Shown: piece by piece, positions 40,601-55,828 of the stretch
Numbering within the stretch: position 1 is the stretch's first letter
Layout of the letters: every line of letters begins with the position of its first letter
Position numbers and translations under genes: made by a program
From: Paragordius varius
Taxonomy: Eukaryota; Animalia; Nematomorpha
DNA length: 64,000 nucleotides
Direction of reading: 5' to 3'
Assembly: GCA_964247055.1 (NCBI GenBank)
Contig: OZ176052.1
Coordinates: 13,640,001-13,704,000, forward strand
Notes under the pieces: model-generated
The model's database searches: none
What the model was told of the DNA's origin: nothing
The model's input: the letters and a program-made list of their open reading frames with translations, nothing else

Positions 40601-43600
40601 TCTCGAAAATATTTGGGGTGATGATGGAACTACCATAGGGCTACCCAAAAAAAATTATAGTGACATCACCTGATCAAATTTGGATTTTAGGTAAACATTT
40701 TTATTTTTAATATCGTATAAAATAAATTTTTTAAATATTTAAGAAATTCATAAAAATTACATTTATAGTCCGATCCCCAAAATATTTGGGGTGATGATGG
40801 AACTACCATAGGGCTACCCAAAAAAAATTATAGTGACATCACCTGATCAAATTTGGATTTTAGGTAGCCATTTTTATTTTTAAAATCGTATAAAATAAAT
40901 TTTTTAAATATTTTAAAAATTCATAAAAATTACATTTATAGTCCGATCCCCAAAATATTTGGGGTGATGATGGAACTACCATAGGGCTACCCAAAAAAAA
41001 TTATGGTGACATCACCTGATCAAATTTGGATTTTAGGTAGCCATTTTTATTTTTAAATTCGTCTAAAATAAATTTTTTAAATATTTAAAAAATTCATAAA
41101 AATTACATTTAAAGTCCGATCTCAAAAATATTTGGAGTTATGATGGAACTACCATAGGGCTACCCAAAAAAAATTATGGCGACATCACCTGATCAAATTT
41201 GGATTTTAGGTAGCCATTTTTATTTTTAAAATCGTATAAAATAAATTTTTTAAATATTTAAAAAATTCATAAAAATTACATTTATACTCCGATCTCAAAA
41301 ATATTTGGGGTGATGATGGAACTACCATAGGGCTACCCAAAAAAATTATAGTGACATCACCTGATCAAATTTGGATTTTAGGTAGCCATTTTTATTTTTA
41401 AAATCGTATAAAATAAATTTTTTAAATATTTAAAAAATTCATAAAAATTACATTTATACTGCGATCTCGAAAATATTTGGGGTGATGATGGAACTACCAT
41501 AGGGCTACCCAAAAAAAATTATGGTGACATCACCTGATCAAATTTGGATTTTAGGTAGCCATTTTTATTTTTAAAATTGCATAAAATAAATTTTTTAAAT
41601 ATTTAAAAAATTGATAAAAATTACATTTATAGTCCGATCCCCAAAATATTTGGGGTGATGATGGAACTACCATAGGGCTACCCAAAAAAAATTATGGCGA
41701 CATCACCTTGATTAAATTTGGATTTTAGGTAGCCATTTTTATTTTTAAAATCGTATAAAATAAATTTTTTAAATATTTAAAAAATTTATAAAAATTACAT
41801 TTATACTCCGATCTCAAAGATATTTGGGGTGATGATGGAACTACTATAGGGCTACCCAAAAAAAATTATGGCGAAATCATCTGATCAAATTTGGATTTTA
41901 GGTAGCCATTTTTATTTTTAAAATCGTATAAAATAAATTTTTTAAATATTTAAAAAATTCATAAAAATTACATTTATACTCCGATCTCAAAAATATTTGG
42001 GGTTATGATGGAACTACTATAGGGCTACCCAAAAAAAATTATGGCGACATCACCTGATCAAATTTGGATTTTAGGTAGCCATTTTTATTTTTAAAATCGT
42101 ATAAAATAAATTTTTTAAATATTTAAAAAATTCATAAAAATTACATTTAAAGTCCGATCTCAAAAATATTTGGAGTTATGATGGAACTACCATAGGGCTA
42201 CCCAAAAAAAATTATGGCGACATCACCTGATCAAATTTGGATTTTAGGTAGCCATTTTTATTTTTAAAATCGTATAAAATAAATTTTTTAAATATTTAAA
42301 AAATTCATAAAAATTACATTTATACTCCGATCTCAAAAATATTTGGGGTGATGATGGAACTACTATAGGGCTACCCAAAAAAAATTATGGCGACATCACC
42401 TGATCAAATTTGGATTTTAGGTAGCCATTTTTATTTTTAAAATCGTATAAAATAAATTTTTTAAATATTTAAAAAATTAATAAAAATTACATATAGTCCG
42501 ATCCCCAAAATATTTGGGGTGATGATGGAACTACCATAGGGCTACCCAAAAAAAATTATGGTGACATCACCTGATCAAATTTGGATTTTAGGTAGCCATT
42601 TTTATTTTTAAAATTGTATAGAATAAATTTTTAAATATTTAAAAAATTCATAAAAATTACATGTATAGTCCGATCCCCAAAATATTTGGGGTGATGATGG
42701 AACTACCATAGGGCTACCCAAAAAAAATTATGTCGTCATCACCTGATCTAATTTGGATTTTAGGTAGCCATTTTTATTTTTAAAATCGTATAAAATAAAT
42801 TTTTTAAATATTTAAAAAATTCATAAAAATTACATTTATACTCCGATCTCAAAAATATTTGGGGTTATGATGGAACTACTATAGGGCTACCCAAAAAAAA
42901 TTATGGCGACATCACCTGATGAAATTTGGATTTTAGGTAGCCATTTTTATTTTTAAAATCGTATAAAATAAATTTTTTAAATATTTAAGAAATTGATAAA
43001 AGTTACATTTAAAGTCCGATCTCAAAAATATTTGGAGTTATGATGGAACTACCATAGGGCTACCCAAAAAAAATTATGTCGACATCACCTGATCAAATTT
43101 GGATTTTAGGTAGCCATTTTTATTTTTAAAATCGTATAAAATAAATTTTTTAAATATTTAAAAAATTCATAAAAATTACATTTAAAGTCCGATCTCAAAA
43201 ATATTTGGAGTTATGATGGAACTACCATAGGGCTACCCAAAAAAAATTATGTCGACATCACCTGATCAAATTTGGATTTTAGGTAGCCATTTTTATTTTT
43301 AAAATCGTATAAAATAAATTTTTTAAATATTTAAAAAATTCATAAAAATTACATTTATACTCCGATCTCAAAAATATTTGGGGGGATGATGGAACTACTA
43401 TAGGGCTACCCAAAAAAAATTATGGCGACATCACCTGATCAAATTTAAATTTTAGGTAGCCATTTTTATTTTTAAAATCGTATAAAAAAATTTTTTCAAA
43501 TATTTAAAAAATTTATAAAAATTACATTTAAAGTCCGATCTCAAAAATATTTGGGGTTATGATGGAACTACCATAGGGCTACCCAAAAAAAATTATGGCG

Positions 43601-46061
43601 ACATCACCTGATCAAATTTGGATTTTAGGTAGCCATTTTTATTTTTAAAATCGTATAAAATAAATTTTTTAAATATTTAAAAAATTCATAAAAATTACAG
43701 TTATAGTCCGATCCCCAAAATATTTGGGGTGATGATGGAACTTCCATAGGGCTACCCAAAAAAATTATAGTGACATCACCTGATCAAATTTGGATTTTAG
43801 GTAGCCATTTTTATTTTTAAAATCGTATAAAATAAATTTTTTAAATATTTAAAAAATTCATAAAAATTACATTTATACTCCGATCTCGAAAATATTTGGG
43901 GTGATGATGGAACTACCATAGGGCTACCCAAAAAAATTATGGTGACATCACCTGATCAAATTTAGATTTTAGGTAGCCATTTTTATTTTTAAAATCGTAT
44001 AAAATAAATTTTTTAAATATTTAAAAAATTCATAAAAATTACATTTATAGTCCGATCCCCAAAATATTTGGGGTGATGATGGAACTACCATAGGTCTACC
44101 CAAAAAAAATTATGGCGACATCACCTGATCAAATTTGGATTTTAGGTAGCCATTTTTATTTTTAAAATCGTATAAAATAAATTTTTTAAATATTTAAAAA
44201 ATTCATAAAAATTACATTTATACTCCGATCTCGAAAATATTTGGGGTGATGATGGAAATACCATAGCGCTACCCAAAAAAAATTATGGTGACATCACCTG
44301 ATCAAATTTGGATTTTAGGTAGCCATTTTTATTTTTAAAATCGTATAAAATAAATTTTTTAAATATTTAAAAAATTCATAAAAATTACATTTATACTCCG
44401 ATCTCAAAAATATTTGGGGTTATGATGGAACTACTATAGGGCTACCCAAAAAAAATTATGGCGACATCACCTGATCAAATTTGGATTTTAGGTAGCCATT
44501 TTTATTTTTAAAATCGTATAAAATAAATTTTTTAAATATTTAAAAAATTCATAAAAATTACATTTAAAGTCCGATCTCAAAAATATTTGGGGTTATGATG
44601 GAACTACTATAGGGCTACCCAAAAAAAATTATGGCGACATCACCTGATCAAATTTGGATTTTAGGTAGCCATTTTTATTTTTAAAATCGTATAAAATAAA
44701 TTTTTTAAATATTTAAAAAATTCATAAAAATTACATTTATACTCCGATCTCAAAAATATTTGGGGTGATGATGGAACTACTATAGGGCTACCCAAAAAAA
44801 ATTATGGCGACATCACCTGATCAAATTTGGATTTTAGGTAGCCATTTTTATTTTTAAAATCGTATAAAATAAATTTTTTAAATATTTAAAAAATTCATAA
44901 AAATTACATTTAAAGTCCGATCTCAAAAATATTTGGGGTTATGATGGAACTACCATAGGGCTACCCAAAAAAAAATATGGCGACATCACCTGATCAAATT
45001 TGGATTTTAGGTAGCCATTTTTATTTTTAAAATCGTATAAAATAAATTTTTTAAATATTTAAAAAATTCAAAAAAATTACATTTATACTCCGATCTCGAC
45101 AATATTTGGGGTGATGATGGAACTACCATAGGGCTACCCAAAAAAAATTATGGGGATATCACCTGATCAAATTTGGATTTTAGGTAGCCATTTTTATTTT
45201 TAAAATCGTAAAAAATAAATTTTTTAAATATTTAAAAAATTCATAAAAATTACATTTATACTCCGATCTCGAAAATATTTGGGGTGATGATGGAACTACC
45301 ATAGGGCTAACCAAAAAAAATTATGGTGACATCACCTGATCAAATTTGGATTTTAGGTAGCCATTTTTATTTTTAAAATCGTATAAAATAAATTTTTTAA
45401 ATATTTAAAAAATTCATAAAAATTACATTTATTGTCCGATCCCCAAAGTATTTGGGGTGATGATGGAACTATCATAGGGCTACCCAAAAAAAATTATGGC
45501 GACATCACCTGATCAAATTTGGATTTTAGGTAGCCATTTTTATTTTTAAAATCGTATAAAATAAATTTTTTAAATATTTAAAAAATTCATAAAAATTACA
45601 TTTATACTCCGATCCCCAAAATATTTGGGGTGATGATGGAACTACCATAGGGCTACCCAAAAAAAATTATGGCGACATCACCTGATCAAATTTGGATTTT
45701 AGGTAGCCATTTTTATTTTTGAAATCGTATAAAAAAATTTTTCAAATATTTAAAAAATTTATAAAAATTACATTTAAAGTCCGATCTCAAAAATATTTGG
45801 GGTTATGATGGAACTACCATAGGGCTACCCAAAAAAAATTATGGCGACATCACCTGATCAAATTTGGATTTTAGGTAGCCATTTTTATTTTTAAAATCGT
45901 ATAAAATAAATTTTTTAAATATTTAAAAAATTCATAAAAATTACATTTATACTCCGATCCCCAAAATATTTGGGGTGATGATGGAACTACCATAGGGCTA
46001 CCCAAAAAAAATTATGGCGACATCACCTGATCAAATTTGGATTTTAGGTAGCCATTTTTAT
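37203..46061 (+). repeat. Large block duplication, copy A (paralogue at 55829-64000)
   Basis: Many private markers are collinear with copy B, e.g. ATCTTATA (37287/55913), CTGTACA (38281/56905), AAATGTTT (40391/58329), TGTCGTCATC (42731/60669), TGGGGATATC (45151/63090). Confidence 0.93.
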
Positions 46062-46800
46062 TTTTGAAATCGTATAAAAAAAATTTTTCAAATATTTAAA
46101 AAATTTATAAAAATTACTTTTAAAGTCCGATCTCAAAAATATTTGGGGTTATGATGGAACTACCATAGGGCTACCCAAAAAAAATTATGGCGACATCACC
46201 TGATCAAATTTGGATTTTAGGTAGCCATTTTTATTTTTTAAATCGTATAAAATAAATTTTTTAAATATTTAAAAAATTCATAAAAATTACATTTATAGTC
46301 CGATCCCCAAAATATTTGGGGTGATGATGGAACTACCATAGGGCTACCCAAAAAAAATTATGGCCACATCACCTGATCAAATTTGGATTTTAGGTAGCCA
46401 TTTTTATTTTTAAAATCGTATAAAATAAATTTTTTAAATATTTAAAAAATTCATAAAAATTACATTTATAGTCCGATCCCCAAAATATTTGGGGTGATGA
46501 TGGAACTACCATAGGGCTACCCAAAAAAAATTATGGCGACATCACCTGATCAAATTTGGATTTTAGGTAGCCATTTTTATTTTTTAAAATCGTATAAAAT
46601 AAATTTTTTAAATATTTAAAAAATTCATAAAAATTACATTTATACTCCGATCTCAAAAATATTTGGGGTTATGATGGAACTACTATAGGGCTACCCAAAA
46701 AAAATTATGGCGACATCACCTGATCAAATTTGGATTTTAGGTAGCCATTTTTATTTTTAAAATCGTATAAAATAAATTTTTTAAATATTTAAAAAATTCA
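41090..46800 (+). repeat. Block enriched in a divergent monomer subfamily (TTTAAAGTCC / GATCTCAAAA / GGGGTTATG or GGAGTTATG / ACTACTATA / ATGGCGAC); recurs at ~52.3-52.8k, 54.2-55.6k, 56.5-56.8k and 59-64k
   Basis: These linked alleles are essentially absent before ~41090 (isolated CTCA only at ~12831 and ~24057) and common after. Confidence 0.88.
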
Positions 46801-46859
46801 TAAAAATTACATTTATACTCCGATCTCGACAATATTTGGGGTGATGATGGAACTACCAT

Positions 46860-49800
46860 AGGGCCCAAAAAAAATTATAGTGACATCACCTGATCAAATT
46901 TGGATTTTAGGTAGCCATTTTTATTTTTAAAATCGTATAAAATAAATTTTTTAAATATTTAAAAAATTCATAAAAATTACATTTATAGTCCGATCCCCAA
47001 AATATTTGGGGTGATGATGGAACAACCATAGGGCTACACAAAAAAAATTATGGCGACATCACCTGATCAAATTTGGATTTTAGGTAGCCATTTTTATTTT
47101 TAAAATCGTATAAAATAAATTTTTTAAATATTTAAAAAATTCAAAAAAATTACATTTATACTCCGATCTCGAAAATATTTGGGGTGATGATGGAACTACC
47201 ATAGGGCTACCCAAAAAAAATTATGGCGACATCACCTGATCAAATTTGGATTTTAGGTAGCCATTTTTATTTTTAAAATCGTATAAAATAAATTTTTTAA
47301 ATATTTAAAAAATTCATAAAAATTACATTTATACTCCGATCTCGACAATATTTGGGGTGATGATGGAACTACCATAGGGCTACCCCAAAAAAATTATAGT
47401 GACATCACCTGATCAAATTTGGATTTTAGGTAGCCATTTTTATTTTTAAAATCGTATAAAATAAATTTTTTAAATGTTTAAAAAATTCATAAAAATTACA
47501 TTTATAGTCCGATCCCCAAAATATTTGGGGTGATGATGGAATTACCATAGGGCTACCCAAAAAAAATTATGGTGACATCACCTGATCAAATTTGGATTTT
47601 AGGTAGCCATTTTTATTTTTAAAATCGTATAAAATAAATTTTTTAAATATTTAAAAAATTCATAAAAATTACATTTATACTCCGATCTCGAAAATATTTG
47701 GGGTGATGATGGAACTACCATAGGGCTACCCAAAAAAAATTATAGTGACATCACCTGATCAAATTTGGATTTTAGGTAACCATTTTTATTTTTAATATCG
47801 TATAAAATAAATTTTTTAAATATTTAAGAAATTCATAAAAATTACATTTATAGTCCGATCCCCAAAATATTTGGGGTGATGATGGAACTACCATAGGGCT
47901 ACCCAAAAAAAATTATAGTGACATCACCTGATCAAATTTGGATTTTAGGTAGCCATTTTTATTTTTAAAATCGTATAAAATAAATTTTTTAAATATTTAA
48001 AAAATTCATAAAAATTACATTTATAGTCCGATCCCCAAAATATTTGGGGTGATAATGGAACTACCATAGGGCTACCCAAAAAAAATTATAGTGACATCAC
48101 CTGATCAAATTTGGATTTTAGGTAGCCATTTTTATTTTTAAAATCGTATAAAATAAATTTTTTAAATATTTTAAAAATTCATAAAAATTACATTTATAGT
48201 CCGATCCCCAAAATATTTGGGGTGATGATGGAACTACCATAGGGCTACCCAAAAAAAATTATGGTGACATCACCTGATCAAATTTGGATTTTAGGTAGCC
48301 ATTTTTATTTTTAAATTCGTCTAAAATAAATTTTTTAAATATTTAAAAAATTCATAAAAATTACATTTATACTCCGATCTCGAAAATATTTGGGGTGATG
48401 ATGGAACTACCATAGGGCTACGCAAAAAAAATTATGGTGACATCACCTGATCAAATTTGGATTTTAGGTAGCCATTTTTATTTTTAAAATCGTATAAAAT
48501 AAATTTTTTAAATATTTAAAAAATTCAAAAAAATTACATTTATACTCCGATCTCGACAATATTTGGGGTGATGATGGAACTACCATAGGGCTACCCAAAA
48601 AAAATTATGGTGACATCACCTGATCAAATTTGGATTTTAGGTAGCCATTTTTATTTTTAAAATCGTATAAAATAAATTTTTTAAATATTTAAAAAATTCA
48701 TAAAAATTACATTTATACTCCGATCTCGAAAATATTTGGGGTGATGATGGAACTACCATAGGGCTACCTAAAAAAAATTATGGTGACATCACCTGATCAA
48801 ATTTGGATTTTAGGTAGCCATTTTTATTTTTAAAATCGTATAAAATAAATTTTTTAAATATTTAAAAAATTCATAAAAGTTACATTTATAGTCCGATCCC
48901 CAAAATATTTGTGGTGATGATGGAACTACCATAGGGCCCAAAAAAAATTATAGTGACATCACCTGATCAAATTTGGATTTTAGGTAGCCATTTTTATTTT
49001 TAAAATCGTATAAAATAAATTTTTTAAATATTTAAAAAACTCATAAAAATTACATTTATAGTCCGATCCCCAAAATATTTGGGGTGATGATGGAACAACC
49101 ATAGGGCTACGCAAAAAAAATTATGGCGACATCACCTGATCAAATTTGGATTTTAGGTAGCCATTTTTATTTTTAAAATCGTATAAAATAAATTTTTTAA
49201 ATATTTAAAAAATTCAAAAAAATTACATTTATACTCCGATCTCGAAAATATTTGGGGTGATGATGGAACTACCATAGGGCTACCCAAAAAAAATTATGGC
49301 GACATCACCTGATCAAATTTGGATTTTAGGTAGCCATTTTTATTTTTAAAATCGTATAAAATAAATTTTTTAAATATTTAAAAAATTCATAAAAATTACA
49401 TTTATACTCCGATCTCGACAATATTTGGGGTGATGATGGAACTACCATAGGGCTACCCCAAAAAAATTATAGTGACATCACCTGATCAAATTTGGATTTT
49501 AGGTAGCCATTTTTATTTTTAAAATCGTATAAAATAAATTTTTTAAATGTTTAAAAAATTCATAAAAATTACATTTATAGTCCGATCCCCAAAATATTTG
49601 GGGTGATGATGGAATTACCATAGGGCTACCCAAAAAAAATTATGGTGACATCACCTGATCAAATTTGGATTTTAGGTAGCCATTTTTATTTTTAAAATCG
49701 TATAAAATAAATTTTTTAAATATTTAAAAAATTCATAAAAATTACATTTATACTCCGATCTCGAAAATATTTGGGGTGATGATGGAACTACCATAGGGCT

Positions 49801-50070
49801 ACCCAAAAAAAATTATAGTGACATCACCTGATCAAATTTGGATTTTAGGTAACCATTTTTATTTTTAATATCGTATAAAATAAATTTTTTAAATATTTAA
49901 GAAATTCATAAAAATTACATTTATAGTCCGATCCCCAAAATATTTGGGGTGATGATGGAACTACCATAGGGCTACCCAAAAAAAAATATAGTGACATCAC
50001 CTGATCAAATTTGGATTTTAGGTAGCCATTTTTATTTTTAAAATCGTATAAAATAAATTTTTTAAATATT
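46860..50070 (+). repeat. Two further copies of the ~39750-41000 cassette (GGGCCC / GCTACCCC / AAATGTTT / TTAAGAAA markers) at ~46860-48350 and ~48930-50070
   Basis: AAATGTTT at 40391, 47476 and 49549 (offsets 7085 and 2073 bp, 41 and 12 monomers). GGGCCC at 46861 and 48934. Confidence 0.82.
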
Positions 50071-50929
50071 TAAAAAATTCATATTACATTTATAGTCCGA
50101 TCCCCAAAATATTTGGGGTGATGATGGAACTACCATAGCGCTACCCAAAAAAAATTATGGTGACATCACCTGATCAAATTTGGATTTTAGGTAGCCATTT
50201 TTATTTTTAAAATCGTATAAAATAAATTTTTTAAATATTTAAAAAATTCATAAAAATTACATTTATACTCCGATCTCGAAAATATTTGGGGTGATAATGG
50301 AACTACCATAGGGCTACCCAAAAAAAATTATAGTGACATCACCTGATCAAATTTGGATTTTAGGTAGCCATTTTTATTTTTAAAATCGTATAAAATAAAT
50401 TTTTTAAATATTTAAAAAATTCATAAAAATTACATTTATACTCCGATCTCGAAAATATTTGGGGGGATGATGGAACTACCATAGGGCTACGCAAAAAAAA
50501 TTATGGTGACATCACCTGATCAAATTTGGATTTTAGGTAGCCATTTTTATTTTTAAAATCGTATAAAATAAATTTTTTAAATATTTAAAAAATTCATAAA
50601 AATTACATTTATACTCCGATCTCGAAAATATTTGGGGTGATGATGGAACTACCATAGGGCTACCCAAAAAAAGTTATAGTGACATCACCTGATCAAATTT
50701 GGATTTTAGGTAACCATTTTTATTTTTAATATCGTATAAAATAAATTTTTTAAATATTTAAAAAATTCATAAAAATTACATTTCTAGTCCGATCCCCAAA
50801 ATATTTGGGGTGATGATGGAACTACCATAGGGCTACCCAAAAAAAATTATAGTGACATCACCTGATCAAATTTGGATTTTAGGTAGCCATTTTTATTTTT
50901 AAAATCGTATAAAATAAATTTTTTAAATA

Positions 50930-53900
50930 TTTAAAAAATTCATAAAAATTACATTTATACTCCGATCTCGAAAATATTTGGGGTGATAATGGAACTACCA
51001 TAGGGCTACCCAAAAAAAATTATAGTGACATCACCTGATCAAATTTGGATTTTAGGTAGCCATTTTTATTTTTAAAATCGTATAAAATAAATTTTTTAAA
51101 TATTTTAAAAATTCATAAAAATTACATTTATAGTCCGATCCCCAAAATATTTGGGGTGATGATGGAACTACCATAGGGCTACCCAAAAAAAATTATGGTG
51201 ACATCACCTGATCAAATTTGGATTTTAGGTAGCCATTTTTATTTTTAAATTCGTATAAAATAAATTTTTTAAATATTTAAAAAATTCATAAAAATTACAT
51301 TTATACTCCGATCTCGAAAATATTTGGGGTGATGATGGAACTACCATAGGGCTACGCAAAAAAAATTATGGTGACATCACCTGATCAAATTTGGATTTTA
51401 GGTAGCCATTTTTATTTTTAAAATCGTATAAAATAAATTTTTTAAATATTTAAAAAATTCAAAAAAATTACATTTATACTCTGATCTCGACAATATTTGG
51501 GGTGATGATGGAACTACCATAGGGCTACCCAAAAAAAATTATGGTGACATCACCTGATCAAATTTGGATTTTAGGTAGCCATTTTTATTTTTAAAATCGT
51601 ATAAAATAAATTTTTTAAATATTTAAAAAATTCATAAAAATTACATTATACTCCGATCTCGAAAATATTTGGCGTGATGATGGAACTACCATAGGGCTAC
51701 CCAAAAAAAATTATGGTGACATCACCTGATCAAATTTGGATTTTAGGTAGCCATTTTTATTTTTAAAATCGTATAAAATAAATTTTTTAAATATTTAAAA
51801 AATTCATAAAAGTTACATTTATAGTCCGATCCCCAAAATATTTGTGGTGATGATGGAACTACCATAGGGCTACCCAAAAAAAATTATTATGACATCACCT
51901 GATCAAATTTGGATTTTAGGTAGCCATTTTTATTTTTAACGTATAAAATAAATTTTTTAAATATTTAAAAAATTCAAAAAAATTACATTTATACTCCGAT
52001 CTCGACAATATTTGGGGTGATGATGGAATTACCATAGGGCTACCCAAAAAAAATTATGGTGACATCACCTGATCAAATTTGGATTTTAGGTAGCCATTTT
52101 TATTTTTAAAATCGTATAAAATAAATTTTTTAAATATTTAAAAAATTCATAAAAATTACATTTATACTCCGATCTCGAAAATATTTGGGGTGATGATGGA
52201 ACTACCATAGGGCTACCCAAAAAAATTATGGTGACATCACCTGATCAAATTTGGATTTTAGGTAGCCATTTTTATTTTTAAAATTGTATAAAATAAATTT
52301 TTTAAATATTTAAAAAATAGATAAAAATTACATTTATAGTCCGATCCCCAAAATATTTGGGGTGATGATGGAACTACCATAGGGCTACCCAAAAAAAATT
52401 ATGGCGACATCACCTTGATCAAATTTGGATTTTAGGTAGCCATTTTTATTTTTAAAATCGTATAAAATAAATTTTTTAAATATTTAAAAAATTTATAAAA
52501 ATTACATTTATACTCCGATCTCAAAAATATTTGGGGTGATGATGGAACTACTATAGGGCTACCCAAAAAAAATTATGGCGAAATCATCTGATCAAATTTG
52601 GATTTTAGGTAGCCATTTTTATTTTTAAAATCGTATAAAATAAATTTTTTAAATATTTAAAAAATTCATAAAAAATACATTTATACTCCGATCTCAAAAA
52701 TATTTGGGGTTATGATGGAACTACTATAGGGCTACCCAAAAATAATTATGGCGACATCACCTGATCAAATTTGGATTTTAGGTAGCCATTTTTATTTTTA
52801 AAATCGTATAAAATAAATTTTTTAAATATTTAAAAAATTCATAAAAATTACATTTATACTCCGATCTCGAAAATATTTGGGGTGATAATGGAACTACCAT
52901 AGGGCTACCCAAAAAAAATTATAGTGACATCACCTGATCAAATTTGGATTTTAGGTAGCCATTTTTATTTTTAAAATCGTATAAAATAAATTTTTTAAAT
53001 ATTTTAAAAATTCATAAAAATTACATTTATAGTCCGATCCCCAAAATATTTGGGGTGATGATGGAACTACCATAGGGCTACCCAAAAAAAATTATGGTGA
53101 CATCACCTGATCAAATTTGGATTTTAGGTAGCCATTTTTATTTTTAAATTCGTATAAAATAAATTTTTTAAATATTTAAAAAATTCATAAAAATTACATT
53201 TATACTCCGATCTCGAAAATATTTGGGGTGATGGAACTACCATAGGGCTACGCAAAAAAAATTATGGTGACATCACCTGATCAAATTTGGATTTTAGGTA
53301 GCCATTTTTATTTTTAAAATCGTATAAAATAAATTTTTTAAATATTTAAAAAATTCAAAAAAATTACATTTATACTCTGATCTCGACAATATTTGGGGTG
53401 ATGATGGAACTACCATAGGGCTACCCAAAAAAAATTATGGTGACATCACCTGATCAAATTTGGATTTTAGGTAGCCATTTTTATTTTTAAAATCGTATAA
53501 AATAAATTTTTTAAATATTTAAAAAATTCATAAAAATTACATTTATACTCCGATCTCGAAAATATTTGGCGTGATGATGGAACTACCATAGGGCTACCCA
53601 AAAAAAATTATGGTGACATCACCTGATCAAATTTGGATTTTAGGTAGCCATTTTTATTTTTAAAATCGTATAAAATAAATTTTTTAAATATTTAAAAAAT
53701 TCATAAAAGTTATATTTATAGTCCGATCCCCAAAATATTTGTGGTGATGATGGAACTACCATAGGGCTACCCAAAAAAAATTATGGTGACATCACCTGAT
53801 CAAATTTGGATTTTAGGTAGCCATTTTTATTTTTAACGTATAAAATAAATTTTTTAAATATTTAAAAAATTCAAAAAAATTACATTTATACTCCGATCTC

Positions 53901-54730
53901 GACAATATTTGGGGTGATGATGGAATTACCATAGGGCTACCCAAAAAAAATTATGGTGACATCACCTGATCAAATTTGGATTTTAGGTAGCCATTTTTAT
54001 TTTTAAAATCGTATAAAATAAATTTTTTAAATATTTAAAAAATTCATAAAAATTACATTTATACTCCGATCTCGAAAATATTTGGGGTGATGATGGAACT
54101 ACCATAGGGCTACCCAAAAAAAATTATGGTGACATCACCTGATCAAATTTGGATTTTAGGTAGCCATTTTTATTTTTAAAATTGTATAAAATAAATTTTT
54201 TAAATATTTAAAAAATAGATAAAAATTACATTTATAGTCCGATCCCCAAAATATTTGGGGTGATGATGGAACTACCATAGGGCTACCCAAAAAAAATTAT
54301 GGCGACATCACCTTGATCAAATTTGGATTTTAGGTAGCCATTTTTATTTTTAAAATCGTATAAAATAAATTTTTTAAATATTTAAAAAATTTATAAAAAT
54401 TACATTTATACTCCGATCTCAAAAATATTTGGGGTGATGATGGAACTACTATAGGGCTACCCAAAAAAAATTATGGCGAAATCATCTGATCAAATTTGGA
54501 TTTTAGGTAGCCATTTTTATTTTTAAAATCGTATAAAATAAATTTTTTAAATATTTAAAAAATTCATAAAAATTACATTTATACTCCGATCTCAAAAATA
54601 TTTGGGGTTATGATGGAACTACTATAGGGCTACCCAAAAAAAATTATGGCGACATCACCTGATCAAATTTGGATTTTAGGTAGCCATTTTTATTTTTAAA
54701 ATCGTATAAAATAAATTTTTTAAATATTTA
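50930..54730 (+). repeat. Tandem 11-monomer higher-order unit, 2 copies (period ~1897 bp)
   Basis: GGTGATAATGG, ACTCTGATC (51481/53377), TTGGCGTG (51671/53568), TTTAACGTA, AAAATAGATA, CACCTTGAT and GGCGAAATCATC recur in order. Confidence 0.9.
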
Positions 54731-55828
54731 AAAAATTCATAAAAATTACATTTAAAGTCCGATCTCAAAAATATTTGGAGTTATGATGGAACTACCATAG
54801 GGCTACCCAAAAAAAATTATGGCGACATCACCTGATCAAATTTGGATTTTAGGTAGCCATTTTTATTTTTAAAATCGTATAAAATAAATTTTTTAAATAT
54901 TTAAAAAATTCATAAAAATTACATTTATACTCCGATCTCAAAAATATTTGGGGTGATGATGGAACTACTATAGGGCTACCCAAAAAAAATTATGGCGACA
55001 TCACCTGATCAAATTTGGATTTTAGGTAGCCATTTTTATTTTTAAAATCGTATAAAATAAATTTTTTAAATATTTAAAAAATTCATAAAAATTACATTTA
55101 AAGTCCGATCTCAAAAATATTTGGAGTTATGATGGAACTACCATAGGGCTACCCAAAAAAAATTATGTCGACATCACCTGATCAAATTTGGATTTTAGGT
55201 AGCCATTTTTATTTTTAAAATCGTATAAAATAAATTTTTTAAATATTTAAAAAATTCATAAAAATTACATTTATACTCCGATCTCAAAAATATTTGGGGG
55301 GATGATGGAACTACTATAGGGCTACCCAAAAAAAATTATGGCGACATCACCTGATCAAATTTAAATTTTAGGTAGCCATTTTTATTTTTAAAATCGTATA
55401 AAAAAATTTTTTCAAATATTTAAAAAATTTATAAAAATTACATTTAAAGTCCGATCTCAAAAATATTTGGGGTTATGATGGAACTACCATAGGGCTACCC
55501 AAAAAAAAATATGGCGACATCACCTGATCAAATTTGGATTTTAGGTAGCCATTTTTATTTTTAAAATCGTATAAAATAAATTTTTTAAATATTTAAAAAA
55601 TTCATAAAAATTACAGTTATAGTCCGATCCCCAAAATATTTGGGGTGATGATGGAACTACCATAGGGCTACCCAAAAAAATTATAGTGACATCACCTGAT
55701 CAAATTTGGATTTTAGGTAGCCATTTTTATTTTTAAAATCGTATAAAATAAATTTTTTAAATATTTAAAAAATTCATAAAAATTACATTTATACTCCGAT
55801 CTCGAAAATATTTGGGGTGATGATGGAA

